Shown here in pieces: positions 52,075 to 63,870 of a stretch of DNA of 64,000 nt. This DNA comes from Lytechinus pictus (taxonomy: Eukaryota): contig NC_087251.1 in NCBI RefSeq assembly GCF_037042905.1, forward strand, positions 19,656,001 to 19,720,000, read 5' to 3'. The position numbers and the translations under genes were made by a program. The notes under the pieces were generated by a model. It saw only the letters and a program-made list of their open reading frames with translations, searched no databases and was not told the origin of the DNA. Positions within the stretch are counted from its first letter, which is position 1, and each line of letters starts with the position of its first letter.

Positions 52075-52885
52075 CAGTGCGTCCCAGAAAAAACGAAACC
52101 GAGATTAAACGACGATTTATCATAACTTAATCACAAATACAATAGATAAATGACCTACCAATGTAAAGCTTAGAATCGCCTCTTTCATCTGATATTACTT
52201 ATATCATTCCTCATTCACGCATGAGTGAGCAAAAACAATTTGAAGAAAGGATACCAAAAACTCATTTGGCGGGGGGTATCTGAATTTCAAAAAGAAAATC
52301 ACATGCCTAAAAAGTTCAATATCTGCTCTTTATTTTGATACCTTAATAAAAAAAAAATGGTCAAGAAGTAAAAAAGTTATGTTCCCTCGAAATGATGCTT
52401 GTATTTCCATAATTTCATTAAATAAACGTGTTTTCACTGGTTTCCCACAGAAGCTATCGCATGGTTAACAAAAGACTTAATGCATGGCTGACAAAACGGA
52501 GTGTCGAGTGAGTTTGAAAGCTAGCCTGTAAAACCTCTTCATTTTATGAAATTATTGAAATTCAAGCCTTATTTCAAATAACCAGAACTTTGTTATTTCT
52601 TGACCATTTTCTGTAATTGAGGTATCAAATTAAAGAGCAGATATTGAACTTTTTAAAAATGTGGTTTTCTTTTTGAAACCCAGGTACAGCCCGCCAAATG
52701 ACTTTTTGGTATCCTTTCTTCAAATTGTTTTTGCTCACTAATGCGTGAATGAGGAATGATATAAGTAATTTCAGATGAAAGAGGAGATTCTAAGCTTTAC
52801 AATGGTATGTCATTTGTCTATTGTATTTGTGATTAAGTTATGATAAATCATCGATAAATCTCGGTTTCGTTTTTTGTGGGACGCA

Positions 52886-52888
<3 letters not shown>
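52075..52888. mobile_element. Tc1/mariner-like MITE with ~340-bp high-identity TIRs
   Basis: TA|CAGTGCGTCCCAGAAAAAACGAAACCGAGATT ... AATCTCGGTTTCGTTTTTTGTGGGACGCACTG|TA. Confidence 0.9.
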
Positions 52889-52971
<83 letters not shown>

Positions 52972-52977
52972 TATATA

Positions 52978-53530
52978 TAGTAAGTATTAGTAGTAAGATA
53001 CGAGCTGTGATTGGCTAGATTGGTACCACGTGACCTACACAAGTTATGTTGTACATATGTACGATATAACTTTCGATTTGTAAAGGGTAAACCCGTGTTA
53101 AATGAATGAGGAGAATATAGATTAATGGCAATGCGCATTTAGCCAGTCAGTCCTGTGCGTCTGCATTTTATACTAAGCGCATACAATGCGTTGAATCTTA
53201 ATTCTTATAATGATGTCACCTTTTCCTGACTTGTGCAACTTTACATTTATATGGACGGTACATTTTGGATGGTACTTGTGCAATGGTACGAATGTTTGAC
53301 ATTCAGCCTCCCATTGGCTCGTGTACAACAAGTTAAGTAGGCGTTGTACAATTTACTATAATAAATAGTGAACGTTTTATCATACAATATTACTGGACTA
53401 TATGAACTCCAAGAATGAAATTATCCCTCGTGCAGGTCTATTTCACCTCGGACTTCGGCCTCGGTGAAATAAACCTGCACTCGGGATAATTTTATATTTG
53501 TCGTACATATAATCCAGTGTATTGTACAAT
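52978..53530 (+). mobile_element. Possible Crypton-like non-autonomous element ending in a long hairpin
   Basis: 5' ctgtgattggctagattgg..cacgtgac, an internal ccattggctc, and a terminal hairpin ~53381-53527 centred on ttcacctcggacttcggcctcggtgaa. The hairpin is seen directly; the family call rests on recalled resemblance only. Confidence 0.5.
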
Positions 53531-53558
53531 TTGTACAAATTTTCATTTTTATTAACAG

Positions 53559-53801
53559 ACATACTTGCTCAAGTTCTAACCAGATCGAATAACGGAAAAC
53601 AAATTTTGCTCGCCAACGTGTCAGATCTCTCGTTTACAACTTTATTTACTACCAACGATTTAAGAGTTAAAGAGTTCGTGTTCGATGAGGCGAACTTCAC
53701 GATATATTTTGCTCATTGCGATCCCTCAAACATTTACAGCGCACATATAAGGATGACCACCGGAATCAATACTTCAGTTCTTATTTTCGAAAATCCATTA
53801 G
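53559..53801 (+). CDS. Exon of the EGF + LDLR-class-B gene (start of beta-propeller; phase 1-1, 243 bp)
   Basis: tttttattaacag|AC ATA...TTA G|gtacgt translates to DILAQVLTRSNNGKQILLANVSDLSFTTLFTTNDLRVKEFVFDEANFTIYFAHCDPSNIYSAHIRMTTGINTSVLIFENPL. FDEANFTIYFA resembles the LDLRb D-x4-IY(W/F) pattern. Confidence 0.8.
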
Positions 53802-54260
53802 GTACGTATGATGGTTGGCGATTATTTCGTTTCAATTTATTCCACTAATCCTTTTACTTTGGTCGATCCTTGTCGATAAAGATAGTTCTTCAATATTTCA
53901 AACCATTTTGAAATATTTTGGGTTTTTCATGTTTTAAACGACGTTGCAGAGTGAGAATTCGATTAATCAACTTTTTCAATTATTGCTTTCTCTCTGGTAG
54001 AGAGTCTCTGTGATCAAGTAGGGAAAATGTTGGTAGGATAAAGAGCAAAGATATCGAGACGCAGATGTGATGGGGCGGGGGTTGGAAGTGGCCGTCCCTG
54101 TCCCTTTGCCTCTACCCCTCGCTCTTCTACACTCACTGCACAATCCTTTATTTATATTAACCTTATTTATCTCAGAGGTGCTCATTTAAAGATAGTGGTG
54201 ATATTGTTTCTCTAGCGTTTTTTTTGCCACTCGTCTCTTTTTGAACAATGTCTGTAAAGT

Positions 54261-55260
54261 CAGGGGCTGCGGAACGTAATTTCGTTGGGGGGAGGCAAAG
54301 TAAAAAAAGGGCACTTATATGTAAAATAATGGGCATTTTAGTGCAAACGGATTTTTCACCATGAGATTATCATCTGCGTGAATTAGATGTGTGTTTTGTC
54401 GTAATTAAGTTGAGCAAAGCCATTTTAAGTGATTGCTAATTGAAACGATATGTGATATGGTTCATACACATGCGAGAGTAGCGAGCGAGTGGTTTGTAAA
54501 AAAATCAAATCTGATGTTGTAAAACTCGCTTTTGGCCTATTTCAGTGCTAATCGGTTAATAGGGCATCCTTGCAAGATGTTGCAAGCGCGGTACGCGATG
54601 TCAAAGTTTGGACATTTCTTGTAATAAAACATTAAATATATTATGTATACTGACCAGAAAATTAACGTGTAAAGGGCAGTTTAGTTTCTCATAAATGGGA
54701 TACATATCTCACCAATCGAATAATGCGAGCTTAACATTTGAGTTATTCCAACATGAAAACTAGACATTCTAAGTATTTTTTTTTAACCAGGAGCAGAATG
54801 AATACCTTACTAAACAGTATTTTTTTATTGATGCGAGCGCTAAGCGCGAGCTAAAACTTTTGTGATTTTCTCACCTAAAATGTATTATGTTTTACTTAAA
54901 TTTGTATTTCATTATGAAAAAGGGCACATTTCCTTTGGAAAAGGGGCTTTTTCCATTCTAAGCATGTTTTTTAACCAGGAACAGAAGGAATTCCTTACAA
55001 AACAATAATTGATGCGAGCACGAAACGCGAGCCCTTCCAACCTGAATACTGGACATTCTAACAATGCTTGTATCCATGAACAGGATGAGTATCTTACAAA
55101 ACATTGATTGATGCGAGCGCGAAGAAAAGAGCCTTTTCCATTTTATGCATTTTTTTTAAACTAGGAACAGAATGAGTGCCTTACAGAACAATAATTGATG
55201 TACGAAGCGCGAGCCAAAAATTTTGTGATTTTCTAACCTAAAATGAGATTTTGCAAATTT
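54261..55260 (+). mobile_element. Degenerate hAT-like element with internal repeats (GATGCGAGCGCGAAGCGCGAGC motif)
   Basis: Starts CAGGGGCTGCGGAAC; repeated accaggaacagaat...cttac...ttgatgcgagcgc units between 54720 and 55215. Right end not resolved. Confidence 0.55.
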
Positions 55261-55729
55261 CCTGTTGAAAAAATTATGGCACTAATGGATTTCCATAGAG
55301 TTACGATCGATTGGATCAATCGTAATTCTTTGTAAGATGGTGCTCTGGTCCCGTTACGTAAAACTTACTTTAATAAGAATAGCTTTGATATTAAATCGAC
55401 CCTTCATTGAATACTGAATTCTGATTGGTTGTTGATTACATCATTGTGCTCAATAACCAATTAAAGCCAGTACTAGATGATGAGTTACCGTAACTAAGTT
55501 ACTATCATAATAATTTTAATATAAAGGTTCTTGAATTCTTTAATTGGAAACAAATGTGTAAATTTTGACTCAAATAATGCCAATACCATTATGATCAGCC
55601 TGTGTAATAGCCGTAGAAGAGAAAGTACACACCTTTGACGTGTTTATGGGAGAGGAGAAAAGATCAAAGACAAACTGGGACAATTCTCTGTCGAATCAAC
55701 CCCCATATTTTTTAAATCTGGTGAGATTT

Positions 55730-55913
55730 TTACCTGATTGCTAAGAAAGTATGAATGCTTGTAAGCGAGCAACCAAATGACGGCTTAAGGCCCTCTCCGA
55801 GGGACCTGGTAATGATGATTAATGTCTTGCCAAAGGGCACTAGCGCATCATGTTGGAATCGCACCGGGACACCGGAATTCGAAACACCCGCTCTACTGAA
55901 TGAGCTATCGCGC
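55730..55913 (-). mobile_element. tRNA-derived SINE (partial)
   Basis: Reverse complement reads gcgcgaTAGCTCATTCAGTAGAGC...GGTGCGATTCC (A/B boxes), then gtgccctttggcaagacatt...ccctcggagagggccttaagccgtc, a SINE central-domain-like sequence. Confidence 0.75.
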
Positions 55914-56035
55914 ATATATTGGATCCGCCTTTCGGATCTAGCGGTGTATTGACATATGAAAAGAGTGTCTTAATAACATTAAAAATGCATTGGTGAGAAT
56001 TTTACTAATTTTATCATGCTTCATCTCCTTTTCAG

Positions 56036-56216
56036 ATTATATGATTAGCTTGGGAATTTACTTTGCCGATCATTCACTATTATGGGCTTCGAAAACAGAA
56101 CTAAAAAGGATCAGATTACCATCACGTCATCTCTATCCGATTTCTCATGATGATATCGATATCGATGAATTTCCCAGCAAATATATGAAGCGATTTGTAA
56201 TAGACCAGAAAAGAGG
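56036..56216 (+). CDS. Exon of the EGF + LDLR-class-B gene (phase 1-2, 181 bp)
   Basis: ctccttttcag|AT TAT...AGA GG|gtgaga translates to DYMISLGIYFADHSLLWASKTELKRIRLPSRHLYPISHDDIDIDEFPSKYMKRFVIDQKRG. Confidence 0.8.
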
Positions 56217-56912
56217 GTGAGATAATCAATACATTGTAAATATTTGGATTGCTGAACGATTTTTTTTTCGTTATACCATTATTTTTCAACTATTATATTT
56301 ACCAATCCGAATACAATAACCTAACAGAACGTGTATAACGTAAAATGTGACCTCTATAGAAAAACAAAGTTCATGGATTTGGCAAGAATGAAAAAAAAAG
56401 CCTTTTGTCTTATTTCCTTGATGTGATTCTTATCTTTTCAAAGGTCTTTAAGGCTTTACTGATTATGTAAACCGAAAATGCATTCACATTATTCAACTTC
56501 ATCAGCAAGACCTATACGTTCTTAAGATAGGAGTATGGATTTACACTACAGATTAATAGAAACACTGCTGGACATAGCGAACTGAGACAATGAGCCAAAA
56601 TTTTGTCTGTAATCCTAGACTTACTTTCATGATTTAAATTATCTCTGCCTATCGGCTCGATGGAGTAAATTGCAACGACCGAAGGGCATTTTTGAGGGGC
56701 ACTTTATAACCGCCTAGCTCGTCAGCTTTTTCCTCTATGTTTACCTGGGCAACTATCATGATTAATTATGGAATGCATTTATCATCCGCTCTATATATTC
56801 ATGGAAAATATTAATAGTCTGAAATGCATTTATAATCTTATTTGCTATAAAATGTAGTTTTTAATGATTTGAAAATAAAAACATTAAAAATTAATAGGAG
56901 AGTGCCTGAGTA

Positions 56913-58097
56913 AGCCCCTTTCACAATTGACGTACGACCTGTTTACGACCACCTGCAACAGTTTTTTCTTGTTGTTGCACGATCGATCTCTTGGTGTCTT
57001 GCGAGCACTCGCAGTCGTTGTAGACGATCGCACAAACTCGAGGTGGTCGGAGGTGATCGTGACTGGTCGCATCTGAACTTTGAACATGTTCAAAATCCAA
57101 ACGCGATCAAATACGATTGATTCACTCGCAACAGGTCGTACCATCGGTCGGGCGATCATCGTGTGAGTGTTGTTCAACGTTGTACGACTTGGTGCGAGAG
57201 GTGGCACAACTAAGTATAGTCGCATTTAGTCGAGTGGAGGTCGTACAACACTTGCACAAGTGCTGGAGACCTACAGAGACCAGTCTTGCGACTGGGTGCG
57301 ATAATATGAGACTGTTGCAAGACCGATCGAAATTACGGCTTACTACATTCCACTACCGTTGCATTCGAATGTATGCGACCATTCAGCCCCTTTCACAATT
57401 GACGTCCGACCAGTTTACGACCGCCTGCAACAGTTTTTTCTTGTTGTTGCACGATCGATCTCTTGGTGTCTTGCGAGCACTCGCAGTCGTTGTAGACGGT
57501 CGCACGAACTCGAGGTGGTCGTGACTGGTCACATCTGAACTTTGAACATGTTCAAAATCCGAACGCGATCAAATACGATCGATTCACTCGCATCAGGCCG
57601 TACCCGGGTCGTACCATCGGTCGGGCGATCATCGTGCGAGTGTTGTTCAACGTTGTACGACTTGGTGCGAGAGGTGGCACAACTAAGTAGTCGCATTTAC
57701 TTGACTGGAGGTCGTGCAACACTTGCACATGTGCAAGCGACCTACATGTACAGAGACCTGTCTTGCGACTGGTTGCGATAATAATATGGGCTATAAGACT
57801 GTTGCAAGACCGATCGCAACGGCTTACAACATTGCACTACCGTTTCAGTCGCATGTATGCGACCGTTCCACTCGCAATCCCTCGTGCAACACTCGCATGT
57901 GATCGCACGAGCACAATAAGAGCATATGCGACTTACTCGTGCAACGAGGTTTACTGGTTGTTTTTGTTGTGCGACAGCTGTTGCAACTGTGAAAGCCTCT
58001 GTGCGATCTTATGAGATGACTAGCGATTGATGCCTGTTGCAGCCTGTCGCACGACCAAAAGGTTGCAAATAGTCGTACGTCAATTGTGAAAGGGGCT
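56913..58097. mobile_element. PIF/Harbinger-like MITE with a tandemly duplicated left ~470 bp
   Basis: AGCCCCTTTCACAATTGACGTACGAC ... GTCGTACGTCAATTGTGAAAGGGGCT. A second left end AGCCCCTTTCACAATTGACG occurs at 57385, and 56913-57384 is repeated at 57385-~57868. Confidence 0.85.
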
Positions 58098-58178
58098 TTA
58101 GAGACAGCGGGTGCCCTATCACTGAACCAGTCTATTTAAATTTAATTTGCTTGTCTCCTCTCTCCTCTTTAAAACTAG

Positions 58179-58306
58179 ATACATGTACCTTTTGTCAGCG
58201 GAGGCAATACATCGGAAAAATTTGGAAGATTATCATGGGGGATATACTTTGCTGACAGATCGCTTGAATAACTTGGAGCCAGATGAAGCTAGTTTAGATG
58301 AAGACG
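58179..58306 (+). CDS. Exon of the EGF + LDLR-class-B gene (phase 2-1, 128 bp)
   Basis: ctctctcctctttaaaactag|A TAC ATG...GAC G|gtaaaa joins the previous exon to give VIDQKRGYMYLLSAEAIHRKNLEDYHGGYTLLTDRLNNLEPDEASLDED, matching the LDLRb (V/I)DPxxGYMYWTD pattern across the junction. Confidence 0.8.
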
Positions 58307-59109
58307 GTAAAATAGAAACAAATGTTGACAATCATTTTTAAAATCTTTTAGAAAAGCAACATAGTGTTTTGTATTTTTTTTGCATATACTAATTTTAATG
58401 ATGTTATAAAGCATGACTTATTGCTTTAAAAATAACGTAGCAAAGATTAGACAGTAATTGGTCTTCGTTGCAAGACGACACAGCAGTCCTTAAAGATCCC
58501 ATCCAAAGTAAAAAACAGAAATTGGCAAATTGATCCAGGGGTTAGTGTAAGATGTATCAGAGGAATAAATATGCCCCAAACATTAATTTGATGATTTAAC
58601 GACAACCTTACTTCAAAGCTGTTCAAAGATCATAAAGGTCTTTCAAACCCAATAATTTTAATTTTTGTTGGTCTCATCGATTTCCTTGAGATATCAAAAC
58701 CATTACTAAAATTGCACGTTTAGGACTCAAAATTATATTTCAAAGTTCATGCGACATATTTTTACGATAAAGGGGTGATATATAAAAAAAAATGGAAGGT
58801 CATGACGCTTATAGATCATAGGGCATGTCGTCAAGATGTTAAAGCACCTGAAGTCTTTTTTGTATACTGCATGGTTTATTTTTCTGTATAGTTTTATTAT
58901 TTATCAGATTATGTTAATGTTCTGTGATTGTGTTCGATGTAACGTTTTGTAAACGCTATGATACAGATTCGAATAGTGTTTCTGAAACAGGTTTCTTTTT
59001 CTTAATATCACCATCATCATCATTATTATGATTAGTATTATTATCATTAGTATTACTATCATCATTATTATATCACAAAACCGCAGAGGAGTGAAGCAAA
59101 AACAACAAG

Positions 59110-60565
59110 CAGAACACGGAAAATTTCATCACAATCGGATGTAAAATAAGAAAGTTATGACGTTTTAAAGTTCCGCTTCACTTTACAAAATAGTTATATG
59201 CACATCCTGGTTGGTATTGAAATGGGGTGACTGATGACGTCATCCACTCACTATTTATTTTGTATTCTATTATAAGAAATATAAAATATTTTATTTTTTT
59301 CCTCATTATCAAGTGAACAACGATTAATTCCTCCCTAAACATGTGGAATCAGCATGGGCAGAAATCCCAGGGGGACAGGGGGGACGCGTCCCCCCTACCC
59401 AAAATAGTAGGGGGACACAATATCAAATGTCCCCCTATTATTTTTGGTATTTTATGATGGAAAGAAATACATCATTCAAAATCGAAATAAAACATGCATT
59501 TGACCGAGTCGACCTTACATTTTTGGTGTTAACTTCTTTTTTTTGCTTGTCAAATTTATTTTGGTCTGAATGACCTAACATTTGGGGTGATAACCTTTTT
59601 TTTGGCTTGTCCAGCCCCTTGTCCCCCCTACCTTTGGGGAGAGATTTCCGCTCTTGGGAATTAGCATTGTTTAAAGGTCAAGTCCACCCAAGCAAAATGT
59701 TGATTTGAATAAATAGAGAAAAATCAAACTAGCATAACACTGACAATTTCATCAAAATCGGATGTTAAATAAGAAAGTTATGGCATTTTAAAGTTTCGCT
59801 TATTTTTCCATAGTGATATGCACGACTCAGTGACATGCAAATGGATCAATCGATGATGTCCATCACTCACTATTTCTTTTGTTTTTTATTGTTTGAATTA
59901 TACAATATTTCATTTTTCACAGATTTGACCATAGGGACTGACTTGACTGAACCATATAGTATAAACAATGCTAATTCCATATGTTCAGGGAGGAATTAAT
60001 CCCTGTTTCACTTGATAATGAGGAGAAAATTAGAATATTTCATATTTTATATAATAAAATGCAAAAGAAATAGTGAGTGGATGACGTCATCAGTCTCCTC
60101 ATTTGCATACCAACCAGGATGTACATAACTATTTTGTGAAATTAAGCAAAACTTTAAAATGTCATAACTTTTTTATTTTACATCCGATTTTGATGAAATT
60201 TTCAGTGTTATGCTTGTTGGATTTTTCTCTTTTTATTCAAATAATTTTTTTGTTGGAATGGACTTGTCCTTTAATACCATTATAGTTCAGTCAAGTTGGC
60301 CCTTATTGTCAAATCTGTAAAAATGAATTATTGTTAGAATTCAAACAATAAAAAACAAAAGAATTAGCGAGTGATGGACATCATCGGCCCTCCCATCTGC
60401 ATGTCACTGAATTGTGCATACAACTGTTTTGTGAAAAATAAGTGAAACTTTTAAATGTCATAGCTTTCTTATTTTACATCCGATTTTGATGAAATTGTCA
60501 GCGTTATGCTTGTTAGATTTTTCTCTATTGATTCAAATGAACATTTCTTGGGTGGACTTGACCTT
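59110..60565. mobile_element. Kolobok-like MITE containing an antiparallel copy of its own family (59675-60270) and a hAT-like MITE (59353-59656)
   Basis: Inner TTAA|AGGTCAAGTCCACC...TGGACTTGTCCT|TTAA. hAT-like insert GGAATCAG|CATGGGCAGAAATC...GATTTCCGCTCTTG|GGAATTAG (8-bp TSD, one mismatch). Outer right end GGTGGACTTGACCT; outer left end truncated. Confidence 0.85.
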
Positions 60566-60660
60566 TGAATTCTTTCTTGAAACACTTTATTAATCAAAGT
60601 TGAAAGAGGTGACGAATGTAGTATTTTCTTTCTCTATTGATGCCACTTTGGCACCCTTAA

Positions 60661-61144
60661 CCCTAAAAGGACTGGGCTATTTGAGACGTTTTGAGGACGG
60701 GGGGGGGGGGGCATGATGGTCCCCCCCCCTTCTGATCTCGGCCGCCGTTTGCGCGATCGCGCCGAAATTTGGCACGCACATTTTTTACCGCATAAACTAC
60801 AAGCCAGTATAAAAAAATCAGAATTTTTTTTTTTATTATTTATCATGAATAAAATATGCAAATTTATTTGTGAAAACCATTGTTTGCATATTTAACACAC
60901 AATTTCTCATCTTTGTAAACTAATTTAAAGGTTTCCACAAAGAAAGATTGCAAAAAACAATTTTTTCCTTATGTATTTCTTTGTTTTTAGAATTGCTATA
61001 CCCGTAGGTCGCGAATTTGGTCTAAAAAGTTGCGCGAGACCTCAAAGAAAAAAGTCATAACATTCTGCGGCGCTACGTTTTTGCGTTTCGGAATCATTGT
61101 GCGAAGCGTCGAGGGGGTGCATCATGCCCCCAGTCCTTCTAGGG
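60661..61144. mobile_element. piggyBac-like MITE
   Basis: TTAA|CCCTAAAAGGACTGGG ... CCCAGTCCTTCTAGGG|TTAA. Confidence 0.85.
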
Positions 61145-61148
61145 TTAA

Positions 61149-61440
61149 AGGGATGGTCCAGGCTGGAATTAAATATATTTCAATAAATAAAGTAAATTCA
61201 CAGAGCAAAATGCTGAAAATTTGATCAAAATCGGATAACAAATAACTAAGTTATTTAATTTTAAAGATTTGCATCATTCCGGTAAAACAGTTCTAGGCAT
61301 GTATTTATGAATATTGATAAACTTTAAAATTCAATAACTTCGTTATCTTTTATCCGATTTTGATGAAATTATCATTATTTTGCTTTGTGAATTTTACTCT
61401 ATTTCTTTAGATATACATATTTTCAGCCCGGACCATCACT
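61149..61440. mobile_element. Internally deleted Kolobok-like MITE sharing its left TTAA with the piggyBac-like element
   Basis: TTAA|AGGGATGGTCCAGGCTG ... CAGCCCGGACCATCACT|TTAA. Confidence 0.8.
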
Positions 61441-61681
61441 TTAAGCATTTTTTGTTTTCATTAACGCTGGAAGCCACGCCCAACTTTCTAGCTGACGATT
61501 AGAGAAGTGCAATTCATGTGTGAGTCGGGTCAATCTACATAAAAGAAAACACCCCTTCCCCTAAAATTGCAACACACTTTTTTTTTCACCGGTTTTGGTA
61601 CTACTCGAGAAAGTGGTTATTTTCCAAATGACGTCCAAGATTGAAAAATAAATGGACATAGCTCTCTAATTATCCACCCTA

Positions 61682-61917
61682 CACTCTTAAACTGCTGGGC
61701 AACATACCGTCCACCGTGTTGGGTAATGTATGTTGGTTTAAAAAAAAATATATATACACATATTCTGGGCAATTGTTATCCAGTTGAGCAAATTTATTAC
61801 CCAATTATTAGTTTTATTACCTAATTTGTGCAGATATTAACCAATATTTGTATGGACACTATGTTGCCCAGGGTTGGTTAAAAGTTGGAAATTTCTTGCC
61901 CAACTATTTGAAGAGTG
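61682..61917. mobile_element. CACT-terminated (EnSpm-like) MITE inserted in a fragment related to the Academ-like element
   Basis: TA|CACTCTT...AAGAGTG|TA. The flanks (aaagtggttattttccaaat..., tatccacc|tagac) match ~30618-30720. Confidence 0.6.
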
Positions 61918-61949
61918 TAGACATCATATTTTGGTGCATATCATGGTTT

Positions 61950-62860
61950 ATTATTATTATTATTGTTCATGGTTTATTTCAATCGTATCTCACAGCCACT
62001 GGCTGAATTGTACACAATTTACATTTTAAAAAGATACAACAAAATGTAACGTGAATAACAAAGATAAAAGTTATTAAAAATTAATTGATAGAAATCCATG
62101 GAGAGAAAATACCAAATTGATTATGAGTTAAGATTGTGAACAAATTAGAAATTGAAATTAAAGACAATTCCTTAATATAACCCGTAGAATTTGCTAAATG
62201 TCAGTAAAAGTAAAAGTATGTAAAATTGTAACTTAAAGATGAAAATATAGTTATCATTTTTCTTCCATATTTCTTTAACAAGACAAAACAAAAGTAAAAA
62301 AAATGTCCCTGAAACATGTACTTTTAGTCCGGATGTAAAAAATTAATCAAGCTTAAATTTGAAAAATAAGTATAACAAAACATTGTGGATATATTGTTTA
62401 GAAATTGAATTGAATTAAGTTTGGGTATGAAATTATCAAAAACTATAATACTTATATACATGTACTCAAAATCAGTTATTAAAAACAGATTTCATGGCAA
62501 TCAATTATTTCATTTACTGCTAAGAATAATAATTGCACAAGCATTATATGACGTTGATGACATTAGAAATATTGCACAGGAGTTGATGTATAATCGGAAT
62601 TATTAACACACATGCCAATTAATTGGTTCTAAGATTTCCTACTTTGATTAAGAAACCTTATCAAATAAGGGAAAGCGCTGTTTTTGTAGCGCTCCGTCTT
62701 GCAGAAGATGATTTCGGTATAAGTTTGGGCGTTTCGAAGCGATCGGTTATTGGTGGTCGAGCGCATGGAGTGAAGCCAGTGAGTAAAGTTCGATGACGTT
62801 CTCGTCAACCATTTAGCAAGACCAAGTGCTAACCTTTCTCGTCTGTCGTGAAGACTTATA
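61950..62860 (-). mobile_element. 5'-truncated CR1/L2-group LINE 3' end
   Basis: Minus strand encodes LHDRRERLALGLAKW...RSLRNAQTYTEIIFCKTERYKNSAFPYLIRFLNQSRKS* (stop at 62629-62631), a typical ORF2 C-terminus, followed by an AT-rich 3' UTR, AATAAA and a (TAA)n tail. Confidence 0.75.
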
Positions 62861-63008
62861 CTAGGCTTATAGACTTATAGGCTCTGATTACCGACAAATA
62901 TCAGTACCGATTTCCGACGTTCGACGATCATGAGTCATGGTAGGGTTCTTCATTATCATCAGTCACATTTTCTTTCGTCATACCAAGGGACAGATCCAGC
63001 TCAAGTTA

Positions 63009-63463
63009 GGCTTCAGTCACAACTCAGAGCGGCGACCGACCGATGAGTAGCCTGCTCGGGCGCCGCTGGAATTAAGGCATCGCCGAACGATTTTTGTAGA
63101 AGTCGAGCGGGCTGTGAAAATACTTAGAGGTGGCCGAGCAGTGCCCGGCCGACTACCCATTACTCAAGGCCAAATCTGGGTCAAATCGGGGAACTTTTCT
63201 GTTTGGCGTCCGACCAGTGATCGGCTGACGACCAACTGAAACCCGGGCGGTGTCCCACCGGACGGCGACCAACCGGGCGCCGAACGTATATCGGGCGGCG
63301 AGTGAAAAGTGAGCAGGCTCCGCCAGAATTAATTAATTAAACTCCGCGCTAAATCTTGAGCGGCGACCGCCGGACGGCCGCCGGTAGGTGCCCGGGCGAA
63401 ATTGGCTAAAAACTCGCCGCCCGGTCGCCGAGCAGGATAAATTTTGGAGTTGTGACCTTAGCC
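63009..63463. mobile_element. GC-rich PIF/Harbinger-like MITE
   Basis: TTA|GGCTTCAGTCACAACTC ... GAGTTGTGACCTTAGCC|TTA, with many internal cggcg/cgccg repeats. Confidence 0.8.
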
Positions 63464-63659
63464 TTATCAATAGAAGGGGAGCTGGGCGGGAAAAATATTT
63501 AATTCACATTTTACCCGTTAAGTTTGTCGTTTTCCCGACAAGCGTCAGTCCAACAGCCATGCGCTTGCGTAACAGACATTCAACCATCATTAAAACTCCA
63601 CATCTTGAATTTCACCGAAAGTCCGACACACAGGTTTACCTAATCAATTCATTGTCTAC

Positions 63660-63870
63660 CCCATTCCTCCTCTCTTTGATTTTTCTCCTTCATTGTGTTT
63701 TCCTCTTCCTCTGTGTCCCTTTCTTTCTTTCCTACTTCCTTCCTTTATTTTTTTTTCTAGCTCTTTCCCCTTTTTTCTCTTCTTTCCCTTGTTTTTTCTC
63801 TTCTTTCCCTTTTTTCCCTTCTTTCCCTTTTTTCCCACTTTCCACTTTCTCCCTTCTTTTTTTTCCTGCT
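63660..63870. repeat. Pyrimidine-rich low-complexity tract
   Basis: tttccc/ttctt runs; the source of the Phe/Pro- and Lys/Gly-rich ORFs. Confidence 0.85.

Noticed and set aside
56884..58014. Overlapping ORFs of 62-135 aa
   Set aside because: They lie within the GC-richer duplicated MITE and contain no transposase motifs.
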